From: Squalus acanthias
Lineage: Eukaryota
DNA: 64,000 nt
Reading direction: 5' to 3'
NCBI GenBank assembly: GCA_030390025.1
Contig: CM059438.1
Location: 61,134,001 to 61,198,000, forward strand
Shown here: positions 38,342 through 50,857 of the stretch, one piece after another
Numbering within the stretch: position 1 is the stretch's first letter
How the letters are laid out: every line of letters begins with the position of its first letter
Notes under the pieces: model-generated
Told to the model about the DNA's origin: nothing
The model's database searches: none
Seen by the model: only the letters and a program-made list of their open reading frames with translations
Position numbers and translations under genes: made by a program

Positions 38342-39208
38342 TTTTGATCTGATCTGTTGATTGTGGGATCGTTTAGCTCTGTCTACAGCATGCTGGTTCT
38401 GCTTTTTAGCATGCATGTAGTCCTGTGTTGCAGCTTCCCCAGGTTGGTACCTCATTTTTAGGTACGCCTGGTGTTGCTCCTGGCATGCTCTTCTGCACTC
38501 CTTATTGAACCAGATTTGGTCGCCTGGCTTGATGGTAATGGTAGAGTGAGGGATATGCCATTGACCAGAAACTTAACTGGACCAGCCACATAAATACCGT
38601 GGCTGCAAGAGCAGGTCAGAGGCTAGGTATTCTGCTGCGAGTGTCTCACCTCGTGACTCCCCAAAGCCTTTCCACCATCTACAATGATCAAGTAAGGAGT
38701 ATGATGGAATACTCTCCACTTGCCTGGATGAGTGTAGCAGCAACAACACTCAAGAAGCTCGACACCATCCAGGACAAAGCAGCCCGCTTGATTGGCACCC
38801 CATCCACCACCTTTAACATTCACTCACTCCACCACTGGCGCACTGTGGCTGCAGTGTGTACCATCTACAAGATGCACTACAGCAACTCACCAAGGATTCT
38901 TCGGCAGCACCTCCTAAACCCGCGACCTCTTCCACCTAGAAGGACAAGGGCAGCAGGCGCATGGGAACACCACCACCTCCAAGTTCCCCTCCAAGTCACA
39001 CACCATCCTGACTTGGAAGTATATCGGCGATCCTTCATCGTCGCTGGGTCAAAATCCTGGAACTCACTCCCTAACAGCACTGTGGGAGTACCTTCACCAC
39101 ACGGACTGTGGCGGTTCAAGAAGGCTGCTCACCACCACCTTCTCAAGGGATTGGCAATAAATGCTGGCCTTGCCAGCGACGCCCCCATCCCATAAACGAA
39201 TAAAAAAA
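38342..39208. mobile_element. Rearranged LINE B remnant (inverted 38342-38559, direct 38560-39208)
   Basis: Inverted piece matches about 23731-23948; direct piece matches 25131-25780 with the same flank. Confidence 0.85.
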
Positions 39209-39826
39209 TAGTTTCACTCTTGTTCCATATAATTGCTATTCGACCAATTGAAACCTTCAATTATAAGTTTAAAAGGATGACGAATGTCCAGCTGTTTCCC
39301 CACGCTGTTATTCAGTATGTAACAGCAGCTCTTAAATTAAGCCACTTATTATTTCATCCTGAAACTGACCATTGCTGCAGAGTCAGCCCTGGTCCAACAG
39401 TCAAATGCAACTTTACATTGCCTAATACTTCCTTGCTGAACAGGCAAAGGCTAAAGGTCAACATTACTTCAATATTCAGAGATATCAATAGTAGAGAAAC
39501 AATCGTAGACTTCTGGGCAGTCTGATAAAACCTTTCCTGACATCTTCTCCTCCCTAGTTTCCACCGAATAAATACAAACCAGAAGCTATAACTAGAGGAA
39601 AGGCAATTCCTCTCCTTTCCTCAACCCCTCAATTATATGAAGAGTTTAACCAAGGCAACTTAGTTCCCCAATTCACATGTAGCGCAGCGCTGAGACACCG
39701 TCTGTGTGTGTGTGTGGCTGTGTGTGTGTGCGTTCGAGTGTGTCTGTGTGTGTGTGTGTGAGTGTGTGTGTGTGTGTGTGTCTGTGTGTGTGTGTCTGTG
39801 ATTGTGTGTCTATGTGTGTGTGTGTC

Positions 39827-39862
<36 letters not shown>

Positions 39863-41611
39863 TGTGTGTGTGTGTGTGTGTGTGTCTGTCTGTGTCTGTG
39901 TCTGTCTGTGTGTGTGTGTGTTCTTATGAGTATGCCCATGTACGTCCTGGCTGTGCGGGGGGGTTGTATAGTGTTGTCTTTGGGTGTGTGTTTGTCCATG
40001 TCAGGGTAAACGTAGGAACGCATGTGTGTGCGAACTCTATCTGTGTATCAGCCTTTTGTTTGTGTGTGTGTATGTGAATTCTAAAAAGAAATAAAGACTT
40101 GCATTTATATAGCACCTTTCACGACCTCAGGGTTTCCCAAAGCGATTTACAGCCAATGAAGTACATTTGAAGTGTAGTCACTGTTGTAATGTACGTGTCT
40201 GTTTCAATGAGTCAGGTGTGCGTGTGTGTGTGCGTGTGTGAGCTCTGGTTTTGTGTCTGACTCTTTGTCTATGTCTGTTTGTCAGTCTGTAATGGAGCCT
40301 GGTAACCACTGTAATAGCTCACCCCCAGGGATGAGGCCCTGATAGGAATTGTGTTGAAATGAAGGCCAGCCCAACATGAGAACATGAAAGAGTGTAAGAC
40401 CGTTTCACTCAGTCAGAATGGCCATTGTGCTAAGTACAGAGAGGAGCATGCAAAGAGAGGAGGAGGAGGATTGCATCCTGCTGAAGTCCTGGCTCGGGCC
40501 CAGCTCGTTACACTGAAATCCTTTGCGTAACTATGCTTCAGATCTTCGCTGTGATGTACACTCTCTATGGAATCGTCATGAAATGGCTTTTGGCAAACCT
40601 TATTTACATTAACAAACAGACAACCTAATGACCTAAACATAAACCAGATTGAAACGGGTCCACGAGTCACTGGTACGTGATGTCAATCTGACAAATGTGA
40701 TGCACGGCCCTCACAGCTCGAGGCCGTCTCCCACGATGACGTCTCTTACGATTAGGTTTTAGATAAGCAAAAGTTTACAAGTGTAGTTTTTATTTATTTT
40801 AAATTACTCCGCTCCTTCTGTTTAATTTCATTTACTTCCATCCTTTTTGAGGGGCTGGAGATCATCAGTGCCAAGTGCCACGCACTGGGCAGGGCAGAGC
40901 GATAGCCAACTGCTGGGCATCTGCTAATAACGCCTTTGATTTGAAGTGGCTGGGACAGTGACTAACTCTGATGAGTGCGATGTTACAACAGTGACTACAC
41001 TTCAACAGTACTTCAGTAGCTGTGAAGTGTTTCGGGACATCGCCCTCAGAAGGTGACCGATCCACACCAGCTGTTTTACACCCAGGCAGTTGTCCGGGAC
41101 GAGGCGGTAGAGCAGGTCCTGGCAGTGTTTTCTCAGTCAGGAGATGAGCATCGCCCGACTCCGCCCCAGCCTCAGCCCATCTGCTGCTGAAACCCTCATC
41201 CCTGCTTTTGTTACCTCCAGACTCGACTATTCCAATGCTCTCCTGCCCGGCCTCCCATCTTCCATCCTCCTTAAACTTAAGCTCATCCAAAACTCTGCAG
41301 CCCATATATAACTTGCCCCAAGTCCCATTCACCCATCACCCCCTGTGCTTGCTGACCTACACTGGCTCCCAGTCCGGCTACACCTTGATTTTAAAATTCA
41401 CATCCTTGTTTTCAAGTCCCTCCATGGCCTCGCCCCTCCCTATTTCTGTTACTTCTTCCAGTCCTACAACCCTCTGAGATCTCCGCACACGTCCAATTCA
41501 GGCCTCTTGCACATCCCCGATTTTCAGCACTCCACACTGGTGGCCGTGCTTTCAGCTGCTAAGGCTCTAAGCTCTGACTGAGGACACCCTCCATCGTGTT
41601 ATAGAGTCATA

Positions 41612-42506
41612 GGGGGAAAAATTCAGTTCGTTTGCACCTCCCGTTAGCTCCTTAAGAGGGCGCTAATGGGGCGCAAAGCAACTAGCTCCCGGGCGCGGCA
41701 ATGTTTGCGCCGCTCACGAAATTAACCAGACATTTTGCGGCAGCGCTAAACACTACCGCCACGATCTCCTGCGCCGGCAGATCGTGACGTCAGTCGAGTG
41801 CGCAACGCCCCGGTAGCACCCCGGACTGGATATTGAGTGGCGACCCCTGCCTTACTGCCTGCTGCTAGCAACGATAGGTTGAGGGGAGCGTTTTGCAGTC
41901 GGGAAGGGACTGGGGGAGCGCTATTTAAAGGCGACCGCTTCCTGCCTTTATTTTTGGTGACATTTTTGCACCACGCATTCTGAGAGAGACAGAGAGAGAG
42001 ACTTCTGGAGAGATGCAACACTGTGTGAAGGAGTTTTGGGTACTGAGCAGCACTTTGCAGGGTCATTTTGATTTGCCCTTCCTTGTATCGATTTAGAAGA
42101 GACTGTGGGGGCTGCACTCTGAGCTCTTTCCCTGGGCCTCTCCATTGTTCTTTCCAGCAGATTTGATGTACAGGTCTCTCCAGGCCGAGATTCAAGGCTG
42201 CAATGAGCAGGATGTGGATGGAGAGCAAGATCAACCCTCCCCTTTAAGAACTGGCCGGCGCCATTGTGTCTGTGTTCCATTGCTGACTGACATCACATGA
42301 GCTTCGCCAACGCTCTGAGGTAGCGCCTCGCTCCTCGGCCTTTGCGCCTTAAGACAGTTGTGAAGCGCCTGATTTAGCGCTCCAATCACCTCCAGGGGCG
42401 ATAAAAACCAAGTTTGCAGTCGGCGGCGATAATTAGCGCCAGGCGCTAATCTTTGCGCCCGGCTGATAATTGTGCCCCAAATGGGGCGATACTGAATTTC
42501 TCCCCC
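41612..42506 (+). mobile_element. Harbinger-type MITE, copy 3
   Basis: TIRs gggggaaaaatt / aatttctccccc; TSD ata. Confidence 0.9.
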
Positions 42507-42517
42507 ATAGAGTCATA

Positions 42518-43412
42518 GCGGGAGAAATTCAGTATCGCCCCATTTGGGGCGCAATTATCGGCCGGGCGCAAAGATTAGCGCCTGGCACTAATTATCGCCA
42601 CGGACTGCAAACTTGACTTTTATCGCCCCTGGAGGTGATTGGAGCGCTAAATCAGGCGCTGCACACCTGTCTTAAGGCGCAAAGGCCGAGGAGCGAGGCG
42701 CTACCTCAGAGCGCTGGCGAAGCTCATGTAATGTCAGTCAGCAATGGAACACACACACAATGGAATGGGCCAGTTCTTAAAGGGGATGGTTAATCTCACT
42801 TTCCATCCACATCCTGCTAATTGCAGCCTTGAATCTCGGCCTGGAGAGATCTGCACATCAAATCTGCTGGAAAGAACAATGGAGAGTACCAGGCAAAGAG
42901 CTCAGAGTGCAGCCCCCACAGTCTCTTCTAAATCGATACAAGGAATGGCAAATCAAAATGAAGCTGCAAAGTGCTGCTCAGTACCCAAAACTCCTTCACA
43001 CAACGTTGAATCTCTCCAGAAGTCTCTCTCTCTCTCTCTCTCAGAATGCGTAGTTCAAAAATGGCACCAACAATAAAAGGCAGGAAGCGGTCATCTTTAA
43101 ATAGCGTTCCCCCTTTCCCTTCATGACTGCAGAACGCTCCACTCAAACTGTCGTTGCTAGCGTCAGGCGGTAAGGCAGGGTGCGCCACTCAATATCCGCT
43201 CCGGGGCGATACCGGGGCGTTGCGCACTCGACTGACGTCACGATCTGCCGACGCAGGAGATCGTGGCGGTAGTGTTTAGCGCCGCCGCAAAATGTCTAGT
43301 TAATTTCGCGAGCGGTGCAAACTTCGCCGCGCCTGCTCGCGAGATGCTTTGCGCCCCATTAGCGCCCTCTTAAGGCGCTAACGGGAGGCGCAACCAACTG
43401 AATTTTTCCCCC
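42518..43412 (-). mobile_element. Harbinger-type MITE, copy 4
   Basis: TIRs gcgggagaaatt / aatttttccccc; TSD ata. Confidence 0.9.
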
Positions 43413-46400
43413 ATAGAGTTCTACATAACAGAAAGAGCCCTTCGGCCCATCGTGTCTGCGCCGGCCATCACGCCCTGTCTATTCTAATCCCATTTTCTAA
43501 CACTTGGTCCGCAGCCTTGTATGCTATGGCATTTCAAGTGCTCATCTAAATGCTTCTTGAATATTATGAGGTTTCCTGCCTCTACCACCCTTTCAGGCAG
43601 TGAGTTCCAGATTCCAACCACCCTCTGGGTGAAAAAGTTTTTCCTCAAATCCCCTCTAAACCTCCTGCCCCTTACCATGAAACTATGCCCCCTGGTTATT
43701 GACCCCTCTACTAAGGGGAAAAGTTCCTTTCCATCTACCTTATCTATGCCCCTCATACTTTTGTACACCTCAATCAGGTGCCCCCTCAGCCTTCTCTGCT
43801 CGAAGGAAAACAACCCCAGCCTGTCCAGTTTCTCTTCATAGCTGAAGTGCTCCAGCCCAGGTAACATCCTGGTGAATCTCCTCTGCACCCTCTCTAATGC
43901 AATCACATCCTTCCTATCGTGTGGCGACCAGAACTGCACACAGTATTCCAGCTGTGGCCTAACTAGCGTCTTGTACAGCTCCATCATAACCTCCCTGCTC
44001 TTATATTCTATGCCTCGGCTAATGAAGGCAAGTATCCCATATGCCTTCTTAACCACCTTATCTACCTGTCCTGCTGCCTTCAGGGATCTGTGTACATGCA
44101 CACCAAGGTCCCTCTGATCCTCTGTCCTTCCTAGGATCGTACCATTCATTGTGTATTCCCTTGCCTTGTTAGTCCTCCCAAAATGCATCACCTCACACTT
44201 TTCAGGGTTAAATTCCATTTGCCACTGTTCTGCCCATCTAACCAACCCGTCTATATCGTCCTGTAGCCTGAGGCTTCCCTCCTCGCTATTTACCACTCCA
44301 CCAATTTTTGTGTCATCTGTGAACTTACTGATCATACCTCCTACATTCATATCTAAATCATTAATGTACACTACAAACAGCAAGGGACCCAGCACCGATC
44401 CCTGCGGTACACCACTGGACACAGGCTTCCAGTCACAAAAACAACCTTCGACCATCACCCTCTGCCTCCTGCCACTAAGCCAATTTTGGATCCAATGTGC
44501 CAAATTGCCCTGGATCCCATGGGCTCTTACATTCTTGACCAGTCTCCCATGCGGGACTTTGTCAAAAGCCTTACTGAAGTCCATGTAGACTACATCAACT
44601 GCACTACCCTCATCCACACACCTAGTCACCCCCTCGAAAAATTCAATCAAATTGGTCAGACATGATCTCCCCCTGACAAAGCCATGCTGACTATCCTTGA
44701 TTAATCCTTGCCTCTCCAAGTGGAGACTAATTCCGTCACTCAGAATTTTTTCCAATAATTTCCCTACCACTGATGTTAGGCTCACTGGCCTGTAATTCCA
44801 TGGTTTATCCCTACTACCCTTCTTGAATAATGGTACTACGTTAGCTGTCCTCCAGTCCTCTGGCACCTCCCCTGTGTCCTGAGAGGTTCTGAAAATTTGT
44901 GTCAGAGCCCCTGCAATCTCCTCCCTTGCCTCACACAGCAGCCTGGGATACATCTCGTCTGGGCCTGGGGATTTATCCACTTTTAAGCCTGCTAAAACTG
45001 CTAGTACCTCCTCCCTCTCATTACTAATTTGTTCAAGTATATCACAATCCCCCTGCCTGATTTCTATGCCTACATCGTCCTTCTCCATAGTGAACACAGA
45101 TGCAAAATATTCATTTGAAAACCTCACCTACAATTTCCGGCTCAACACACAGATTGCCACTTTGGTCCCTAATGGGCCCTACTCTTTCCGTGGTTATCCT
45201 CTTGCCCTTAATATACTTATAAAACACCTTGGGATTTTCCTTTATTTTGCCCGCCAGTGTTTTTTCATGCCCCCTCTTTGCTCTCCTAATTTCTTTTTTA
45301 AGTACCCCCCTGCATTTTCTATACTCCTCTAGGGCTTCCACTGTTTTTAGTCCTTTGTATCTGCCAAAAGCCTCCCTTTTTTTCCTAATCCATTCTTGTA
45401 TATCCCTTGACATCCAGGGTTCCCTGGACTTGTTGGTCCCACCCTTGACCTTTACGGGAACATGTTGGCGCTGTACTCTCTCTATTTGTGTGGCACTACC
45501 ACCATGCTAAATGGGATGGATTCAGAACAGATCTAGCAGCTCAAAACTGAGCATCCATGAGGTGCTGTGGGCCATCAGCAGCAGAATTGTATTCCGCCAC
45601 AATCTGTAACCTCATGGCCCGGCATATCCCTCACTCTGCCATTACCATCAAGCCAGGAGACCAACCTAGGTTCAATGAGGAGTGCGGAAGAGCATGCCAG
45701 GAGCAGCACCAGGCGTACCTACAAATGAGGTACCAACCTGGGGAAGCTGCAACACAGGACTACATGCATGCTGAACAGTGGAAGCAGCATGCTATAGACA
45801 GAGCTAAGCGATCCCACAATCAACAGATCAGATCAAAGCTCTGCAGTCCTGCCACAACCAGTCGTGAATGGTGGTGGACAATTACGCAACTAACGGGAGG
45901 AGAAGGCTCCATGAATATCCCCTTCCTCAATGATGACAGAGCCCAGGACGTGAGTGCAAAAGACAAGGCTGAAGCATTTGCAACCACCTTCAGCCAGAAG
46001 TGCTGAGTGGATGATCCATATCGGCCTCCTCTTGAGGCCCCCACCATCACAGAAGCCAGTCTTCAGTCAATTCGATTCACTCCACGTGATATCAAGAAAC
46101 GGCTGACTGCACTGGATACAGCAAAGGCTATGGGCCCTGACAACATCCCAGCTATCGTGCTGAAGACTTGTGCTCCAGAACTAGCCACGCATCTAGCCAA
46201 GCTGTTCCAGTACAGCTACAACACTGGCATCTATCCGACGACGTGGGAAACTTTCCAGGTATGTCCTGTCCAAAAAAAGCCGGACAAATCCAATCCGGCC
46301 AATTACCGCCCCGTTAGCCTACTCTCAATCATCAGCAAAGTGATGGAAGGTGTCATCGATAGTATTATCAAGCGTCACTTACTCACCAATTACCTGCTCA

Positions 46401-46848
46401 CCGATTCTCAGTTTGGGTTCTGCCAGGACCACTCGGCTCCCGACCTCATTACAGCTTGGTCCAAACATGAACAAAATAGCTGAATTCCAGAGGTGAGGTG
46501 AGAGTGACTGCCCTTGACATCAAGGCAGCATTTGACCGAGTGTGGCATTAAGGAGCCCTAGTAAAACTGAAATCAATGGGAATCAGGGGGAAAACTCTCC
46601 ACTGGCTGGAGTCATAGCTAGCACAAAGGAAGTTGGTTGTAGTTGTTGGAGGTCAATCATCTCACCCCCAGGACATCGCTGCAGGAGTTCATCAGGGCAG
46701 TGTCCTAGGCCCAACCGTCTTCAGCTGCTTCATCAATGACTTTCCCTCCATCATAAGGTCAGAAATGGGGATGTTCGCTGATGATTGCACAGTGTTCAGT
46801 TTCATTTGCAACTCCTCAGATAATGAAGCAGTCCATGCTCGAATGCAG

Positions 46849-49800
46849 CCCTGTGATATGCTCCTCCTGCTATATGTGGGAAATCAGGGACGCTTCCTGT
46901 GTCCCTGACGACCATGTGTGTGGGAAGTGTATCCAGCTGCAGCTACTGATGGACCGCATTGCGGCGCTGGAGCTGCGGATGGATGCATATTGGAGCATTC
47001 GCGACGCTGAGAACATCGTGGATAGCACATTTAGAGAGTTGGTCACAGCGCAGGTAAAGGGTGTACAGGCAGGAAGTGAATGGGTGACCATGAGGCAGAG
47101 TAAGAGGTGCAGGCAGGTAGTGCAGGGGTCCCCTGTGGCCATCCCCCTCTCAAACAGATATACCACTTTGGATGCTGTTGGGGGGGGATGACTTATCAGG
47201 GGAAGGCAGCAGCAGCCAACTTCCTGGCACCATGGGTGGCTCTGCTGCACAGGCTGGGAGGAAAAAGTGTGGAAGAGCTATAGTGATAGGGGATTCAATT
47301 GTAAGGGGAATAGATAGGCGTTTCTGCGGCCGCAAACGAGACTCCAGAATGGTGTGTTGCCTCCCTGGTGCAAGGGTCAAGGACATCTCAGAGCGGCTAC
47401 AGAACATTCTGGAGGGGGAGGGCGAACAGCCAGTTGTCGTGGTGCACATAGGCATCAACGATATAGGTAAAAAACGGGATGAGGTCCTAAAAGCAGAATA
47501 TAGGGAGTTAGGAGGTAAATTAAAAAATAGGACCTCAAAGGTAGTAATCTCAGGATTGCTACCAGTGCCACGTGCTAGTCAGAGTAGAAATAGGAGGGTA
47601 TTTCAAATGAATATGTGGCTAGAGGAATGGTGCAAGGGGGAGGGATTCAAATTCCTTGGACATTGGAACCGGTTCTGGGGGAGGTGGGACCAGTACAAAC
47701 GTGACGGTCTGCACCTGGGCAGGGCCAGGACCGATGTCCTAGGGGGAGTGTTTGCTAGTGCTGTTGGGGAGGGTTTAAACGAAAGTGGCAGGGGGTTGGG
47801 AACCTGAGACAGAGGAAAGGGAAACAAGGATAAAAGCAAAAGACAGGAAGGAGAAAAACAAAAGTAGAAGGCAAAGAACTCAACGGTTTAAATCAAACAT
47901 GGTCACAGTAAATAATAATTCATATAGGTCTGAGAGCGTTAAAAAAACAAGCCTGAAGGCTTTGTGTCTTAATGCAAGGAGCATTCGGAACAAGGTGGAT
48001 GAATTAGCTGTGCAAATAGAGGTAAATGAATACGATTTGATTGGGATTACAGAAACATGGCTCCAGGGTGGCCAAGGCTGGGAACTCAACATCCAGGGGT
48101 ATTCAATATTTAGGAAAATAGGCAAAAAAGAAAGGGAGGTGGGGTAGCATTGGTTAAAGAGGGGGATTAACACAATTGAAAGGAAGGATATTAGCTCTGA
48201 TGATGCGGAATCTGTATGGGTAGAACTGAGAAATAACAAGGGGCAGAAAACGTTAGTGGGAGTGGTATATAGACCTCCAAACAGTAATACGGAGGTTGGG
48301 GATGGCATTAAAAGGGAAATTAGAGAAGCATGCAGTAAGGGCACAGCAGTCATCATGGGTGACTTTAATTTACATATAAATTGGGCTAATCAAATTAGTA
48401 AAAATACTGTGGAGGAGGAATTCCTAGAATGTTTATGGGATGGTTTTCTGGAACAATATTTCGAGGAACCAACCAGAGATCAGGCCATCTTAGACTGGGT
48501 ATTATGTAACGAGAAAGGATTAATTAGCAATCTTGTTGTACGAGGCCCCTTGGGTCAGAGTGATCATAATATGATAGAATTCTTCATTAGGATAGAGAGT
48601 GAAGTAGTTGAATCAGAGACTAGGGTCCTGAATTTAAATAAAGGAAACTATGATGGTATGAGGTGCAAATTGGGTAGGATTGATTGGGGAATGTCACTCA
48701 AAGGGTTGACGGTGGATAGGCAATGGCAAACATTCAAAGACTGCATGGATGAACTACAGAATTTGTTCATCCCAGTGTGGCATAAGAATAAAACAAAAAG
48801 GGTGACTCAACCGTGGCTAACAAGGGAAATTAGGGATAGCATAAGATCCAAGGAGAGGGCATATAAATTGGCCAGAAAAAGCGGTAACCCTGAGGATTGG
48901 GAGCAGTTTAGGATTCAACAAAGGAGGACAAAGGGATTAATTAAAAAGGGGGAAATAGAAAATGAAAGTAAGCTTGCAGGGAACATAAAAACTGACTGTA
49001 AGAGTTTTTATAGATATATGAAGAGATAAAGATTAGTGAAATCAAGTGTAGGTCCCTTGCAGTCAGAAGCGGGGGAAGTTATAATGGGGAAGAAAGAAAT
49101 GGCAGACCAATTAAATGCATATTTTGGTTCTGTCTTCACAAAGGAGGACACAAATAACCTCCCAGAGATGTTGGAGAACATACGGTCTGATGAAAGGGAG
49201 GAACTGAAAGAAATCAGTATTTGCAGGGAAATGGTGTTAGGGAAATTGACGGTATTGAAGGCCGATAAATCCCCAGGGCCTGATAATCTACATCCTAGGG
49301 TACTTAAGGAAGTGGCCCTAGAAATAGTAGATGCATTGCTGATCATCTTCCAACATTCGAGGGAATTTGGAACTGTACCCATGGATTGGAGGGTAGCTAA
49401 TGTTACCCCACTATTCAAAAAAGGTGGTAGAGAGAAAGCGGGGAATTACAGACCGGTAAGCCTGACATCGGTAGTGGGGAAAATACTAGAGTCCATTATA
49501 AAGGATGTAATAGCTGAGCACTTGAAAAACAGTGACAGGATCGGACAAAGTCAACATGGATTTACAAAAGGTAAATCGTGCTTGACTAAACTACTGGAAT
49601 TTTTTGAGGATGTAACTGGGAAAATAGATAAGGGAGAACCAGTGGATGTGGTGTATTTGGACTTTCAAAAGGCTTTCGATAAGGTCCCGCATAAGAGATT
49701 AGCATGTAAAGTTAAGGCACATGGGATTGGGGGCAAGGTATTGACTTGGATAGAGAACTGTTTGGCGGACAGAAAGCAAAGAGTAGGAATTAATGGGTCT

Positions 49801-50857
49801 TTTTCCGAGTGGCAAGCAGTGACTAGTGGGGTACCGCAGGGATCGGTCCTTGGACCCCAGCTATTCACAATATACATTAATGATCTAGATAAGGGAACTA
49901 AATGTAATATCTCCAAGTTTGCAGATGACACAAAGCTTGGTGGGAGTGTGTGCTGCGAGGAGGATACTGAGAAACTCCAGGATGATTTGGACAGGTTGGG
50001 TGAGTGGGCAGAAGCGTGGCAGATGCAATATAACGTGGATAAATGCGAGGTTATCCACTTTGGTGTCAAAAACAGAAAGGCAGACTATTATCTGAATGGC
50101 AATAGATTGGGAGAAGGGGAAGTGCAACGAGACCTGGGTGTCCTTGTGCACCAGTCGCTGAAGGTAAGCATGCAGGTGCAGCAGGCGGTGAAGAAGGCAA
50201 ATGGTATGTTGGCCTTCATAGCGAAAGGGTTTGAGTATAGGAACAGGGATGTCCTGCTGCAGTTGTACAGGGCCTTGGTGAGACCACACTTTGAGTATTG
50301 TGTGCAGTTTTGCTCGCCTTATCTGAGGAAGGATGTTCTTTCCATGGAGGGAGTTCAGCGAAGATTCACAAGGCTGATACCTGGGATGGCAGGAATGACA
50401 TATGAGGAGAGATTGGGTCGATTGGGCTTATACTCGCTGGAGTATAGAAGAATGAGAGGGGATCTCATCGAAACATATAAAATTCTGACAGGTCTGGACA
50501 AACTAGATGCAGGAAGAATGTTCCTGATGGTCGGAGAGTCCAGAACCAGGGGTCATAATCTAAGGATAAGGGGTAAGCTATTCAGGACAGAGATGAGGAA
50601 GAATTTCTTCACCCAGAGAGTGGTGAACCTGTGGAATTCTCTACCACAGAAGGTAGTTGAGGCCAAGTCATTAAATATATTCAAGAATGAGTTAGATATA
50701 TTTCTTAAAGCTAAAGGTATCAAGGGATATGGGGAGAAGGCAGGTACAGGGTACTGAGTTTGGATGATCAGCCATGATCTCATCGAATGGCGGAGCAGGC
50801 TCGAGGGGCCGAATGGCCTACTCCTGCTCCTATCTTCTATGTTTCTATGTTTCTATG
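46849..50857 (+). mobile_element. Near-complete CR1 (ORF1 + ORF2, no 5'UTR), few lesions
   Basis: CSSCYMWE...CGKC; esterase VIGDS/DGLHL; APE; open 573-aa RT 49036-50757; (tctatgtt)n tail. Confidence 0.94.

Larger units (their letters stand above)
41601..45486 (-). mobile_element. 5'-truncated CR1 (GACTCTAT tail) with open RT ORF 43484-45127; tail hosts two MITEs
   Basis: NYRPVSLTS, FDKVPH, GVPQGSVLGP and FTDD motifs; (atagagtc)n tail. Confidence 0.93.
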
